A stretch of DNA of 64,000 nt from the human T2T-CHM13v2.0 reference genome, Homo sapiens: NCBI RefSeq assembly GCF_009914755.1, contig NC_060931.1. One strand, written 5' to 3'. Below are positions 42,439 through 56,444 of the stretch, piece by piece (within the stretch, counting starts at the first letter, position 1; each line of letters opens with the position of its first letter). The notes under the pieces are model-generated. The model saw only the letters and a program-made list of their open reading frames with translations, made no database searches and was not told the origin of the DNA. A program made the position numbers and the translations under genes.

Positions 42439-43581
42439 TTATATAAGAATGCATGGTTTTACGTAGTTAAGTGCCTAGTGAACTGTAGACATAGTAAGTC
42501 TCTATATAAATTCAGGAAGACACAATGTTATGAGGCAGTTAAGATTAATATCTAGTGTTCCAGTGCCTGCTCTCTTACTAACTGGCTAGTAACACTATTT
42601 CTCTCATAGGGCTGTTAGGGTTTAAATGAGAAAGTGAATGTAAAGTGCTTAAAATGTGGCTGGTGCAGATTGAGCTCCCATGGATATCAGAGAAATCAAG
42701 ATTTGAGTAGATGAGATTAAAGCCAGGTCCTGATGAAGAAGTACGATTTAGGCAGAAGGATATGAACTATTAATTCTAGCACTGGCATTTAATTGCTTTT
42801 GATCTTTGGCAAGTCTGTGAAACTCTCTGTGCTTTATTTTCCTTTGTATAAAAAAGGGGCTATTGTAATCACAGTTCTTGGTACACAGTTTATGCCCAAC
42901 AAATAATAGCTGTTCTTATCATAGGTGTTATTACCACCTCTCTTACCATCATTGTCACCATTGTTGTCATCATTTTCAGGGTAGAGAATAGCTAGAAATT
43001 GGTCATCTTGGAGTAGTGGAGCTGAGGTCTCAGGGAATAAAGGGAAACAAGATTTATATTTAGAAAAGGGTCTGACTGCAAAATCTCTCTTCAAATTAAA
43101 TAACTATTAGAAAAATAGAAAGCTTTGATCATGATTACAGTGAATTATGCTGATTGCAGTATCCAGGGTATTGAATTTTATATAGAATCAATTTTACTTC
43201 AGTATTTTGAAATGATACTAATGATAACAAATTGTATTCTTGCAATGGCTCTTTTCTTTTTAAGTACAGGCCTTTTTAAAGGACCCAAATTTGGGTGTTT
43301 TTATTGTACTGAAGCCTATTATAAGATATATAACAAAAAGGACCATGCTTTACACTTTGCCACTGTGACCACCTACCTTTGGAATTAGATTTGAAAGTGT
43401 TAAGTGGTTGATGCAGGGAGCAATGAAACAGTGAAAGTATTTTTATAAAGCCAGTGTAATCATATCTTTGTTACAAAAATGAAATCTTTGAACTTTTAAA
43501 GTCAGGATTAGTGATAGTTCATGTAGCTTTATCTAGTAATTCTGTGTTACTAAGCATTTTTCCTTAATTTTTTTCTCTCAG

Positions 43582-43754
43582 AACGATATCGCATTCAGAG
43601 TGAACAATTTGAAGATCTTTGGCTCATAACCAATGAGCTTATTCTTCGCCTTCAAGAATATTTTGAAAAACAGGGAGTCAAAGATTTTGCATGTTCTTTT
43701 TCGGGATCTATACCCCTTCAAGAATATTTTGAGTTGATTGATCATCATTTTGAG
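43582..43754 (+). CDS. BBS9: BBS9 coding exon (exon 18), 173 nt, (Q)RYRIQSEQFEDLWLITNELILRLQEYFEKQGVKDFACSFSGSIPLQEYFELIDHHFE
   Basis: Acceptor ttttttctctcag|AA, donor GAG|gtatgt. Phase 1-0. Confidence 0.97.
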
Positions 43755-44597
43755 GTATGTATGATCATAACCCACATCATCTATAATCCTTAAATATATG
43801 AAAGAGAAATAGATGCTATAGAAGGATTCTGTATGCATGCCATTAGGCTATGTGCTTCTAGTTGTTTTTCTTATGTGGATGGTGGATTTCGTGAATCCAT
43901 TCCTGCCCACTTGCCCAGTTTGTGATCAATTACAGACATTTACAGAATGGCTGCCTGGAGCTAACCATGTCGTCTGGCCCTGGAACAGAGCTGATTTAAT
44001 TCTCCCACATGGAGACTTAGCCCTTGACCCCAATAACCCAGTGTTAAAACTATTTGAGCTTATCGGAGGCCATTTGGCTAACTAATTCTAGCAGGCCATA
44101 AATGAGGTGTGATTATAAAGTAAAGTGATTTTTCTTTTTCTTTTTTAACAAGCATACCAGAACTTCTGCATCTGAATGAGGGTTAACACTTAAAATATTC
44201 CCCAGTATCTGGCACAGTGGGTGCTTACTAAATGCTGAATGATTACATATATGAATAAATGTGTTCTAACAGTAACTTTGTTGCTCTGAATATTTTGCAT
44301 TTCTTCTTTGGAAGTGCCTTCAGAGCCTATGTTAGATTCTCTTGAGTATTTCAATGGTGACATGTCTTCATCTTTTGAAGATTGATTTGATGATTGGGAC
44401 TAGCCAAATATTTGTTTTGTGAGTGGATTTGACAGTGACAGTCATAGTTTTTTTAAAAGTCCCATGTATTCCAGTCATCAGGCTCCACTTACATAGTCTA
44501 TAAACACTCTACAGACAATACAAGAGGGGAATTTTGAGAGAATTTTGAACATTATCCAAGTAAGCATTGGTTCTTGGGACTACATTTCAGTTTAGGA

Positions 44598-44614
44598 GTG
44601 TGTGTGCATGTGTC

Positions 44615-44656
<42 letters not shown>
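44598..44656. repeat. Compound (TG)n(GA)n microsatellite
   Basis: Seen directly. Confidence 0.95.
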
Positions 44657-44657
<1 letters not shown>

Positions 44658-45572
44658 ATTACCAGTCATATAATTTTTCAGCCAACCATTGAACATTCTA
44701 AGAGCATTGACTTTCAGCTATGAAGACTTCTTTAATGTAGTGTGAACATAAAAAGAAAATTTCAGGTGTATACAATCGAATTATGAATAATTATGTCATA
44801 ATTCCTCATCTATGATGAGGATCTGTGATGACAATATTTTCTAGGAACGCATGCCTTTGGTCAAATTGTAGCACCAAAATTGACACAGTCTGTAAGAGTA
44901 TGTTTAGGTATCGTATGGAATGAGAATCTTTGCAATTCCTTGGGATATATTTTAAGAAATTCTTGCTTCGCTGTTGGAAACTTAAGTGTAGTGATTTGTG
45001 AAAGGGTCCATGGAAAGACTATACCAATTATATATTTGTAATATTTGAAATAGAGAATACTAGATACTATTGACTAATAAGTTTGACATATAATTTTCCC
45101 TTTATACTTTCTGGCTAGTAAGTAACTCCTTGGAGCTTCTACATCAGGGGAGTGTCTTTTCTGAGGAGGGACTTAGAGAATATGGTGAATGACAGGCACT
45201 TTCATTTGTTACACACATAAATTAAGGGGGGCGTTGTTATGCTTCCTTTGTTCTCTATCTCCTTTCTCTGCTTTCAGCCATTAGTAAGATTTTAAACTTT
45301 GAATACAGTTGGGTTTTGGAATCCAAGTGTGCCTTGGAGTGTAAATTTCATGAAGGCAGAAATTTTTGTCTGTATTATTCATTGCTTTAATTTCTAGTGC
45401 CTGGACCAGGGTTTGGCTCTGAGATCAACAGATATTTGTTAAGCATTGAAATTCTGACATGTGAAAACATTTCAATCACTGCTGCTTTGTTACACATTCA
45501 AAGGAATGATAACCTGGTTGATAGTCTGAGTATTGAGAACATCTTTTTAATTTTTTAGTGTATCAAGAATTT

Positions 45573-45779
45573 AGGAAATAAATTATTACAGCAGTAAATT
45601 ATACAATTAAAAGAATGAATTATTGATAATTAGGTTAATGTCCTTTTAAAAACTTTATTTTAAAATATTTTTATTACAGGAAATAAATTATAGCAGTAAA
45701 TTATACAATTAGAAGAATGAATTATTGATAATTAGGTTAATGTTCTTTTAAAAACTTTATTTAAAAATATTTTTATTAC
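45573..45779. repeat. Two-copy tandem duplication, 105 + 102 bp, AT-rich
   Basis: aggaaataaatta...ttttattac occurs twice, head to tail. Confidence 0.95.
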
Positions 45780-45847
45780 TTAATTTTTGGTATTTTTTTG
45801 CTCAAGGGAATATTCTTTGATTTAATTAGCTACTGAGTGCTTCTAAA

Positions 45848-46068
45848 GAGAACACTTGGACACAGGAAGGGGAACATCACACACCGGGGCCTGTTGTGGG
45901 GTGGGGGGAGCGGAGAGGGATAGCATTAGGAGATATACCTAACGTAAATGACAAGTTAATGGGTGCAGCGCACCGACATGGCACATGTATACATATGTAA
46001 CAAACCTGCACGTTGTGCACATGTACCCTAGAAATTAAAGTATAATAAAAAAATAAAAAAATAAAAAG
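45848..46068 (+). mobile_element. Young primate L1 (L1PA) 3' end, heavily 5'-truncated
   Basis: gagaacacttggacacaggaagggg...catgtaccctaga...aataaaaaaa. Confidence 0.93.
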
Positions 46069-46318
46069 AAGAAAATGTCTCTCAAAACTGAAGGGTAAAT
46101 AAAGACAAAATACATGAATACACTTTAAAAAAGTTAAAATTTCAAGTTACTTTTATTTCATATGTAATTGTAGAATGCATGCACTGAAAGGGTAAGGAAT
46201 TTGGTTTGTTACTAGAAATGTAGACTACGATATGTTTGACTTCTGAGCATTTTGAATATGATGTTTATTTCAGCTAGTTTATTACTGTTTTGTAAAGTTG
46301 AGTTAGTGATTCACATGA

Positions 46319-46705
<387 letters not shown>

Positions 46706-46739
46706 GCTTTCTTTTAACAATATTAATTTAAATGAGATG

Positions 46740-47795
46740 GGTTACAGTGAAGAGAGTCATTTAGGATTCTAATTCCCCAGCCACTCAATCTCTTCTTTGG
46801 AGGCAGTGTTTGGTGTCCAGTTTCTTGTATATCTTTCTAGAAATATCCTATGCAGTCACAACTATGTTAATATATAGGTTTCTTTTTTTTAAATAAAAAA
46901 TAATGGTAGCACATTATACATACTATTTTGTATTGTTTTGCTTTGTTTCATTTATCATATTTGCACAGCATTGCATATCAGCACATAGTAGTCTTGCAGA
47001 ATAGTCTTCCTTATTTAACCAGTTCCCCTATTGATGGGAATTTTGATTATTAATAATGTCTTACTATGATAACAATAGATCAAACAATTTTGTAATGGGT
47101 ATCCTGATATATACATTACTTTTGGCAAGCATATCTCTAGGATACATTTCTAGAAGTGGGATTGTTAGGTCAAAGGCGTATGTTTAAGAGGTATTTGTAT
47201 TAACTTTTATGTAAAACTTTGCCCATTTTTCTATTGGATTGTTGCTGATTTCCTACTGATTTCTGTTAGGTTGTGGTCTTTTTCTCATTGATTTGTAGAT
47301 GCTTTCTAGATATGGGCATGACTTTGTCTCTGTAGTTATTGCTGTTATTTTTTGCAGTTTGCTATTTGTCCTATTTTCTTTATAATTTTTTAAAATCATG
47401 TGGAATTAAATGTTTTTGTTTTTTTTAGTTAGTAATTTATCAGGGGTGTGTTTGTGTGTTTGTTTGTGGGTGTGGCTTTTAGCTTTTGACTTACACTAAT
47501 AAAGGCCTTTCCTATACCAAGATCATTTTAAAAATTCTGATTTTTCTGGTGCTTTTATTGTGTCTAAACTTTTAATCTCTGCATTGATTTTGCTGTAAAG
47601 AATGAGAAAAGATTTCTATTTTTTCCCATGTAACCAATTATTGAAAAACACTTATTAAATGATCTGTTTTTCCTCCAGTGATACTGGTTAACTTTTACAA
47701 TTTTCCATTTGATCTGTTCCACTGTATTATCTGTGAATTAGTGATTCATGTACCAAATACCACATTGTTTTAATTCCCTTAACTCTATAATGCAT
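46740..47795 (-). mobile_element. Old L1 (L1ME-like) fragments directly upstream of exon 19
   Basis: Degenerate motifs (taggatacatttctagaagtgggattgttaggtcaaagg; gcccattttttctattggattgtt). Confidence 0.65.
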
Positions 47796-47903
47796 TTAAA
47801 TTTCTTCATTACTCTTTTACTTTTATTATCATTGTGTGTATTTTTTCTTTAAAGATGTTTTTTGTGTCCATTTAATCTCAATTTAAGAAATTATTCATTG
47901 CAG

Positions 47904-48056
47904 CTACGGATAAATGGTGAAAAATTAGAAGAACTCTTATCTGAGAGAGCTGTACAATTTCGGGCCATTCAACGCCGGCTACTAGCAAGATTCAAAGATA
48001 AAACTCCTGCCCCTCTTCAACACCTGGACACCTTGTTAGATGGAACCTACAAGCAG
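47904..48056 (+). CDS. BBS9: BBS9 coding exon (exon 19), 153 nt, LRINGEKLEELLSERAVQFRAIQRRLLARFKDKTPAPLQHLDTLLDGTYKQ
   Basis: Acceptor attcattgcag|CTA, donor CAG|gtcagt. Lies within ORF 47862..48116. Phase 0-0. No later BBS9 exon was found in the remaining 16 kb. Confidence 0.97.
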
Positions 48057-48164
48057 GTCAGTATAATATCAGTAACAGTTTTCTATTACTGGCTATACTT
48101 TTTTTTGTCACCCTAGAGTCATGTACCAGAATATCCAAGATAAGGTACTCATTTCCAGTGCTTT

Positions 48165-48395
48165 AAGGAACAGTGAACAGTGCACAAGCTTTAGAGTCAG
48201 AAAAACCTAGGTTCAAAGTCAAACTCTGCTGCTTTCTAATTGTGTGACCTTGGGTAAATTACATGAGCGCCCTCAGTTTCCACATATTACCTCCCGGAGT
48301 TGTTGTGAGGATTTTTAATCTTTTATGTAAAGCAACAAGAACAATGCCAGGCACGTAATATGTGCTTGATAAATAGTAGCTATTATGATTAGTAT
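48165..48395 (+). mobile_element. MIR element
   Basis: ctttagagtcagaaaaacctaggttcaaa...tgtgtgaccttgggtaaattac...cctcagtttcc. Confidence 0.8.
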
Positions 48396-48864
48396 TATGA
48401 GACAATTCTTGGTGCATTCCATAATTATTACCATAATTCTCCAATTGTCTTACCAAGCAACTGGCTCATACTTCTAGTATTATGTCAGTTGATATTTTGA
48501 GATGGAATTCTTAAGCATCATAGTTCAAAAAGTTCTAGTTCAAAATATATTTTTTCTTCTTGATCACCTTCCATCCATAGTTTATCATTTGCATGGCTAG
48601 GTGATCTGGCTGTCACTCTTAAGGCACTGTCTCTCCAAAAACTATTCAAAACATCTCTCACTTAAAAATTATTTTTTAAATTTTAAAATAATTTTAAAAA
48701 ATCATGAGAAGGCTTCTACCAGTTCTGTTATAATGTCTTTGAATGGTTATAATGAAGACTTTGAATGACTATATTGTGTATTCCTATATTTCTTCACAAT
48801 GTTACTCTCCTGTTTCAAAGTCAGTGTTGCTGGTATGAATAGTCTGTTGATTTTTTGAATTGAG

Positions 48865-49190
48865 TTTTTTAATTGAGATAATTCTATATTTCTGTGCAGT
48901 TGTAACAAATAATGCAGAGAGATCTCATGTCTCCTTTAACTGCTTTCTTCCAATGGTAACATTTTGCAAAACTATGGTATAATATCATAAGCAGTATATT
49001 GATATTAATAAAATCCACAGGTCTTATTCTGACTTACTTGTACTCATTTATGTGGGTGCGTGTATTAAGTTGTATACAATTTTATCACCTGTGTAGATTC
49101 AGCATCCGCCACCACATTCTAGACGCTTCACCACAGGACTCCTTCATGTGGTCCTTTATCACAACATTTCTGCCCTTCTCCCCTGCCCCA
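48865..49190 (-). mobile_element. Old L1 (L1MC-like) 3' end
   Basis: tgcagttgtaacaaataatgcagagagatctc...ccaatggtaacattttgcaaaactat. Confidence 0.7.
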
Positions 49191-49319
49191 CTCCATTCTG
49201 TTGATTTTGAAAGGACAAATCAGATTTTTGTTTTCAGAATTAATTTTCCTAGGGGACAGAAAAATAGCTTACTATGTTTTTGCTCATAATACATTTGTTT
49301 CTTAAAATTTTCTTGGTTA

Positions 49320-49656
<337 letters not shown>

Positions 49657-52094
49657 TTAAAGGACAGTCTATAGTAGCAGTGGAATATTGGAAAGAACAC
49701 TGGGCTTGGAATTCAAACACCGCAGTGTTGTTGCTTATTAGATGTATGGTTTTTGGCAATTCCCTTACCCTCCCAGAACTTCTGTTTTGTTCCATAAAAT
49801 GAGATGACTACTCTTTTGTTACAAAGATTATATTCCATAATGTATGGAATTTACAAAATTTGTTCCACAAATATAGACTGCCAATTTCGTGTGTGTGTGC
49901 TGGGGTAATTATATGATTCTTCAGTCAGTAGGCACCAATGCCCTGTCTGTTCCACACCTCTTTTCCTCTTTAGTACTCTTTTTGTTTTGTTTTGTTTTCT
50001 ATTTCCTTCCTTCTTTTCCTTTTCCTTTTTCCCATTTCTTTGTTCACTTTTCTTTCTCATTCTGGGGTCTACCGTCATCCCTGCCTGCCATACTTGAGGC
50101 TGAAGGTATGGTCAACCTTGTATTTAATGATGCTGTATCTTTTTGTAGACACAATGGTGGAAGGGCATTTAAAGGAACTTGAAGAGGATGCTTGATTTAA
50201 TGCTTTCCAGATTTTCTATATAGTAAGACTTCGTCTTTTATACATTTAAAGTGCAGAGGTTTTTATTTTTTTCTGCTTAGCCTCAAGGTTGAGGTTTTCC
50301 ATGATTTGTAATATTACAGACAAGACGATCAAAACCATGGCTTTTCACTTGAATGTATATTGTTAAGTCCCATTCCTTTTAGATTAATGAAAAGAATGAA
50401 TAAACATTTGAAGGAAAAATATGAGTACTATAAGGATTTTGACTTAATTTTTATGTACCTTGCCATTCAATTTTATTATATGTATATATTTGTAATAAAT
50501 GAGGGTGAGGTGTTGATTGTTCAATAAGTTTCATGAGCATAATAAAGTCTATTTTAATTCCGTTTAGTCAGTTTTTTAATGACATACTTAACACATGAAT
50601 ATAATTTCCCAAAGAAAATTATAACATTATACGTAATGCTAAATTTCCCATCTTGGTTCCTTATCATCTGCTCAGAAATGTAATCATTCTTACTGTTTTT
50701 GTTTCTTTCCACACCTCTTTTTTTGGCACATAGAAATGAAATATTGTTTCACCAGGCTAAAGAAAAACTCCATAAAGAGTATCATATGATATGTATTAAT
50801 CTAGCTCTCTTTTTTCTTTTTCTTCTAAAGTATGTACTGGAACTCTTTGCATATTAGTGCATAGATGTACTTCTCTATTTGTAATGGTTACATAATAGTT
50901 TATGATATGGACAGTCTGTAGTATGGACAATCACAGTTTATTAAAGGACAAATCTTAATAATAGTTTTAATGTTGAGTCTAACATTGAGAAATCCTTTTT
51001 CGACAACTCTCCTGGGATCGAACAAGCATACCACCTACCTTATTATCACATACCTTCTGTTCAGTGTTTTTCTTATCTTTATGCTTTGCCTAGGTAGGGA
51101 GCATGATTTACTTGATGGATTAGTCAAGCTCATGAAATAACAAGCCATGCTAGAGTCCATTCCTGTCCCTGTGGCATAACTCCACTGCATGACTTTACTA
51201 GATTTTTAAAGTCTTTTCCCAACGTACCGCTTTAAAATTAGATCTGCTACCTGTTTAGCGTTTTTTTTCCTCCTGTGATGGGATCTTTTAATTTTTCAGC
51301 AAAATGTTCTCTATGAGACACACATACACACATGCACACATACACCAGCATACCCATACATACACACTACCTTACAGGTATGTTGTACCAGATTGTAGCT
51401 CAACCAATAGTGTATGAAAATGCCTGCTTTCCTAGGTATTATTACTTATTTTCATCTTTACAATTTTTAACTGAAACAGTAATTTGATTGTTGTTTTACT
51501 TCTTACCTCTTTTGTTGCTTACCAGAGATGCTGCATATTTTTCACATGTTAATTGGCCATTTGTATTTCTTTTTTATGACTTGCGTATGTACACATTTTG
51601 TTTAATATTCTATCATGTTCATCTTTGTCTTACCATTTTGTGTATATTGAGGGATAATCTTTGGTCATACTTTCATCATGCATGAAAATACTTGGTACCT
51701 ATTTATGTATGTAATCTCTCATACATAAAAAAGTTTTACCAATTTATCATTTGCCTGTTATTTTTTATTTGTAATGTATTTTTGACACATGAGGTTTAAA
51801 AAAACGTTTGTGTAGTAAAATCTGTCCATCTTTTTCGTTTAGGTTTCTCTGCCTAGGAAATCCTTCCTTATGTATGCCAAGAGTATATGAATATCAATTT
51901 ATAAATTATTCTAACACTTCTATGCTATGATTCTTTAAATGTACTTTTTTCACTCCATCTGGAATTTATTGTGCAATTTAGTGAGAATCTAATCTCCCTG
52001 CTCCCTGGTGAGCTTAGTGTCTCAGCCCCTGCTTATCGCATATTCCATTCTTCTACTGAGCTAAAATATTACCTGAATCATTTAACAATTTTAC

Positions 52095-52520
52095 TGTATA
52101 GTAAACCATCCCAAACCTTAGTGGCTTAAAACAACAATAATTCATTATTTATTGTTCATGAGTCTCTGGATTAGCTTGGTAGTTCTGTTGATCTGGGTCA
52201 TGCTTGGCTGATCTTGATTGGGCTCACTCATGTGTCTCTGGTCAGCTGGTGGCTCAGCTCGGGACTGGATAGCTAGGATGTATTTACTCATGTATTTGGC
52301 AGATGGCTTGCAGTTAGCTGAAATAATTGGGCCACTTGTCTCTCATGGCCCAGCAGGCTAGGCTGGGCTTGTTCACATGGTGACTATATGTCCCAATGCA
52401 CAAGCACTTTTCAAGCATCTGTTTGTGTCATGTTTCTAGTGTTCCATTGGCTTTGGTCAATTCAGATCAAAGAGGTGGGGATATAGACTTTGCCTCTTTG
52501 TTGAAGGAGTGGAGAATTGT
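52095..52520. mobile_element. MaLR LTR (MLT1-like)
   Basis: aaaccatcccaaaccttagtggcttaaaacaac...ccagcaggctaggctgggcttgttcacatgg. Confidence 0.75.
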
Positions 52521-52795
52521 GTACTTTTTTATAATCTATCCTCCTTCTTTCAACATATATTAAATTAGCAAACTATTTTAAACGAACAGTTCTTTTTGAA
52601 ACTTTTCTAACCCTTCAATTTAGTTTTTCTATACTTAGAGATGTCTTTTCTTCTATACTTTTGACATTTAAACTTAAATTTTTGTTGTCATTAAAATCTT
52701 ATTCACTCATAAGCAGTTGTAGTCTATGGACTCTGAAGATAATTTATCTGAAAATTAATTAGGTTTGTCAAGAGTTGTTTAAAGCAAACAGAGCA

Positions 52796-53123
52796 GGCTG
52801 GGTATGGTGACTCACGCCTGTAATCCTGGCACTTTGGGAGGCTAAGGCAGAAAGATCCCTTGAGCCCAGGAGTTTGAGATCCCTATGAGCAACATAAAGA
52901 GACCCTGTCTCTACATAAAATTTGAAAATTAGCTGATAGAGGTGGTGCTCACCTGTGGCCTCAGCTACTCAGGAGGCTGAGGTGGGAGGATTGCTTTAGC
53001 CCGGGAGGTTGAGGCTGCAATGAGCCATGATTGTGCCTTTGTATTCTAGCCTGGGCAACAGTGTGAGACCCTGTCTCAAAACAAACAAACAAACAAACAA
53101 ACAAAAAATAAATAAATAAAAAA
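52796..53123 (+). mobile_element. AluJ element with (AAAC)n tail
   Basis: Forward Alu. TSD gcaaacagagca on both sides. Confidence 0.93.
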
Positions 53124-53264
53124 TAATGCAAACAGAGCATCAGTGTTGTTTTTAGGCGAATAAAACTGTCTGAATATTTGCCCATGTTCTTAGTTATGGT
53201 CAGTTCTTTGAAGGATGGAATCTATTATCCAGTTTTTTAAATAGGTCTTCACCTTAGCTTTGTC

Positions 53265-53425
53265 CAGTACTGGCTTCATGGGCATGTCACCTGCACAGTC
53301 ACACAGAGCCCTGTTTTTGGTTTAATGCTCTATAGTAGCCATACTGGATTTCTTAATACTTTTAGAACAAAGGGTCCTGTATTTTTATTTTGCTCTGGGC
53401 ACCTCAAATAACGTAGCTGGTCCTG
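53265..53425 (+). mobile_element. hAT-Tip100 relic (MER91A-like)
   Basis: cagtactggcttcatgggcatgtcacctgcacagtcacacag...gtagctggtcctg, with degenerate terminal inverted repeats. Confidence 0.8.
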
Positions 53426-54121
53426 GCCCTGTTAGGATAATAACAACTTTCTGATGAGTAGAACAAGACACCTGGGAGTTCAGATGCAGAGCAAAGTTCA
53501 AATAGAGAACAGCCTTATTACCCCTACCCCCAAATCACATGTAGGCCTTTCCAAAGATGAAGAAAACAGGATGCAATGGACATCAGTGGTAGCTCTTCTG
53601 GATAGCTCAAGTGCATCTTTTTGGGACAAACATATTGGTTAATCGGCAATGAGGCAACCATCCACGAAGGGTTATCTCATTTAGGACCATCATCCTGCAG
53701 TTAGCCCTCTCTTGGCCTATTGTGGGTGGCAGCCTCTTATTATATTTCTAACAGGTGGGTCACTGGCTTCAAGGTGCATCATTAATAGTTTTGAGTTTTG
53801 GTGCAAAAGCCAACCACTTCCCTCCCTATTTTCAAATGCAGGTTATTTCCTGTATCCTGTATAGGAACCCTCAAAGCCACATCCCCATCTTATTTTTGCT
53901 AGCATGCCTTGCCTACATAGTGTCTACTACTGCATCATACTCCACTAGGAACATACAACAAGCACCCTTATGGAGGCCAACCTAAGGTTGAAGCAAGGAG
54001 AGGGGACCTGGGATTATCAATCTGGGAAAAGCAGAGCATGATTCTTACAGGGGAAGGATTTGGCCTCTAGTGAATAAATATTTTTCAGTTGTCCACCACA
54101 GTTTCAGTAATTATGTTGTAT

Positions 54122-54483
54122 TTATGCAGCCATAAAAAAGAACAAGATTATGTCCTTTCCAGGGACATGGATGGAGCTGGAGGCCATTATCCCTAGCAAA
54201 CTAACACAGGAACAGAAAACCAAATACTAGATATTCTCACTTAAAAGTGGGAGCTAACTGGTGGGAACACATGAAGACATAGAGGGGAACAACACACACT
54301 GGGGCCTACTGGAGGGTGGAGGGTAGGAGGAGGGGAGGATCAGGAAAAGTAACTACTGGGTACTAGGCCCAGTATGTGGGTGGTGAAATAATCTGTACAA
54401 TAAACCCCCATGACACAAGTTTACCTATGTAACAAACCTGCACATGTACCCCTGAACTTAAAATACAAGTTAAAACTAATAAA
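54122..54483 (+). mobile_element. Primate L1PA 3' end
   Basis: tatgcagccataaaaaagaacaagattatgtcc...aacctgcacatgtacccctgaacttaaaata. Confidence 0.93.
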
Positions 54484-54689
54484 ATTTTGGGAAAAATATC
54501 ATTCTTTTTGAAAGAATTTTCATCTTTACTTCTAGCTTTGGAGGTATAATGTTGAAAGAATGTAACCATGTTGAGAATGTCTTCTTTTCAGTAGTTAGAA
54601 ACCTAAATTTCCTCATTTGTAAAATTGGAATACTGCCTTCTCAATCAACTGAATGTATTTTTGGAGGACCTAAGAAATAAAGTAGGAGA

Positions 54690-54890
54690 AAAGAAAGGAA
54701 ATTCTTATTTGTTGGGTGTCTGCTGAGTTTGAAGTAAATTTTATTTATTACTTCATTTAATACTTAGAATCATCATGTGAGGGTGGCATTATTGTTTATA
54801 GAGGAAGAACCTGAGACTCTGAGTAGAGTTAAGAAACTTGCTCAGTGTTACACAGATATTAAGCATTGTATTCCAAAGTCCAGGCTTTAG
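54690..54890 (-). mobile_element. MIR element
   Basis: tatagaggaagaacctgagactctgag...ttaagaaacttgctcagtgttacacag. Confidence 0.65.
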
Positions 54891-56444
54891 AATATCAAGT
54901 GGCAATTTTACTTTAATCATTGTCAGGTGGGACATAGACAGCCTAGATTTTCTTTAGCAAAATTATGGTCAGGGTAAAGAAAAAGGAAATGTGTGCGAAC
55001 TGTTTGTACATGTTCATGCTACGTATATGTATATTCATGATCATCTAATAGTCATTGTATACACACCTATTAGACAGGTAACAAAATCTTTTGGAGAGTT
55101 CCCTCAATTCTGAAATTATATCTGAAACAAGTATCAGAGGACTTTTTTTGGGTGTGTGACTTTGTTGATTTCACTTATACCTAAGTTTAGCTTCTTTGCC
55201 TTCAAATGCTAATGCTGATTGGCAGAAAAGCTTTGCCAAATAAATTCTCTATTTTATTATAACATTTTCACATAAATTTGTTAGTCAAAGCAAGACTGAT
55301 TGGTTGAGTAAATTGAAATGGAAGAAATTAGACTTACCCTATGACTTGGCTTATGTTTTGATGCTATTACATGTGCTGAGGTTTTTCTCCTCACTTCAAC
55401 ACTAACCCTCTGTTGTAGCAGAGGGAAAATGTTTACTGATCTAAAAGTTGGTGTCAGATGACATATGTGTGATGTAATGACTAGTAGTCATTAATGTTCT
55501 AGAGAGGCAGATGGCTGACTTTTCTCTTCTACAAAAGAGGCTGTATTAGGCATAATTTTAAATAGAGATCCTGTGGTTTGGAGTTTGCTATTTGTTACTT
55601 TTTCTGTACTTTAAACTTCCTTCCACTCTGTTTATTTGTATGGTATTGATATATAAAAATCATTTTAAGTCACGCAGAAGCCTAAGAGCTTTTTGGTCCA
55701 TGGGTTTTTAAATGAGCATGATTTTGGCTGATAACACAGAGGAATATATAATGAAACCATTCAGAGGCCCACTTTCCTCATTGTCATGGACAAGTAAAAA
55801 TAACATGCTGAGAGACTAAGAAGGAGCTTTCATGGATGTGGTGATGTTGCTGGGCTTGTTTTTCATATAACCACTTAAGAGCTAAAAGGAAATTCTTTCT
55901 CAGAAGGTGATAGAGTAAATAGGTGAGAAAGGAGGAGGAAGCAGAAATTTGCAATCGTATGTTTGTGGATGAACAGGGGTGGTAAGTAAAAACAAAACAA
56001 AACAAAACAAAAAAACTGAGATGTCAGTAAAAAAAATGGAATTTGTACATTTTTACCCTATAATTTTACTCTTGAATATTTAGGCAAGGAAATAGTTCAC
56101 AAAGAAAAAAATACATTCATCAAGGTATTCATTTATATTATTAATTATCTTTGCAGGAAATTGTAACCAGCTTTCTAGTTGGAAAGTGATTAGGTTTATC
56201 ATAGTACTACTATTTGAAGTGATATTTCATATCATTATTGTGTTTCATTATTTTCAAAACCGGAATGATATAAAACATTTTATATAACTGAAAAAAGCAG
56301 ATTATGAAATAGTATATAATAAGTTACAAATAATGAAATAGATGTGTCTATAATAGATACATTTGCAAAAAATTGAAAATGGTGTATGTTTATTTTAGAT
56401 GACTTTACATTTTTATGCAATTTTTAAAAATATTATAATTTGTT

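Noticed and set aside
49832-49850. Hairpin attccata-atg-tatggaat
   Set aside because: Short AT-rich palindrome at the edge of a MIR relic, expected by chance at this scale.
50092-50111. 7-nt microexon or recursive site gag|gctgaag|gtatgg
   Set aside because: GAG/AAG acceptors are poor and the exon would shift frame. Mentioned only as context in the 49955-50228 finding.
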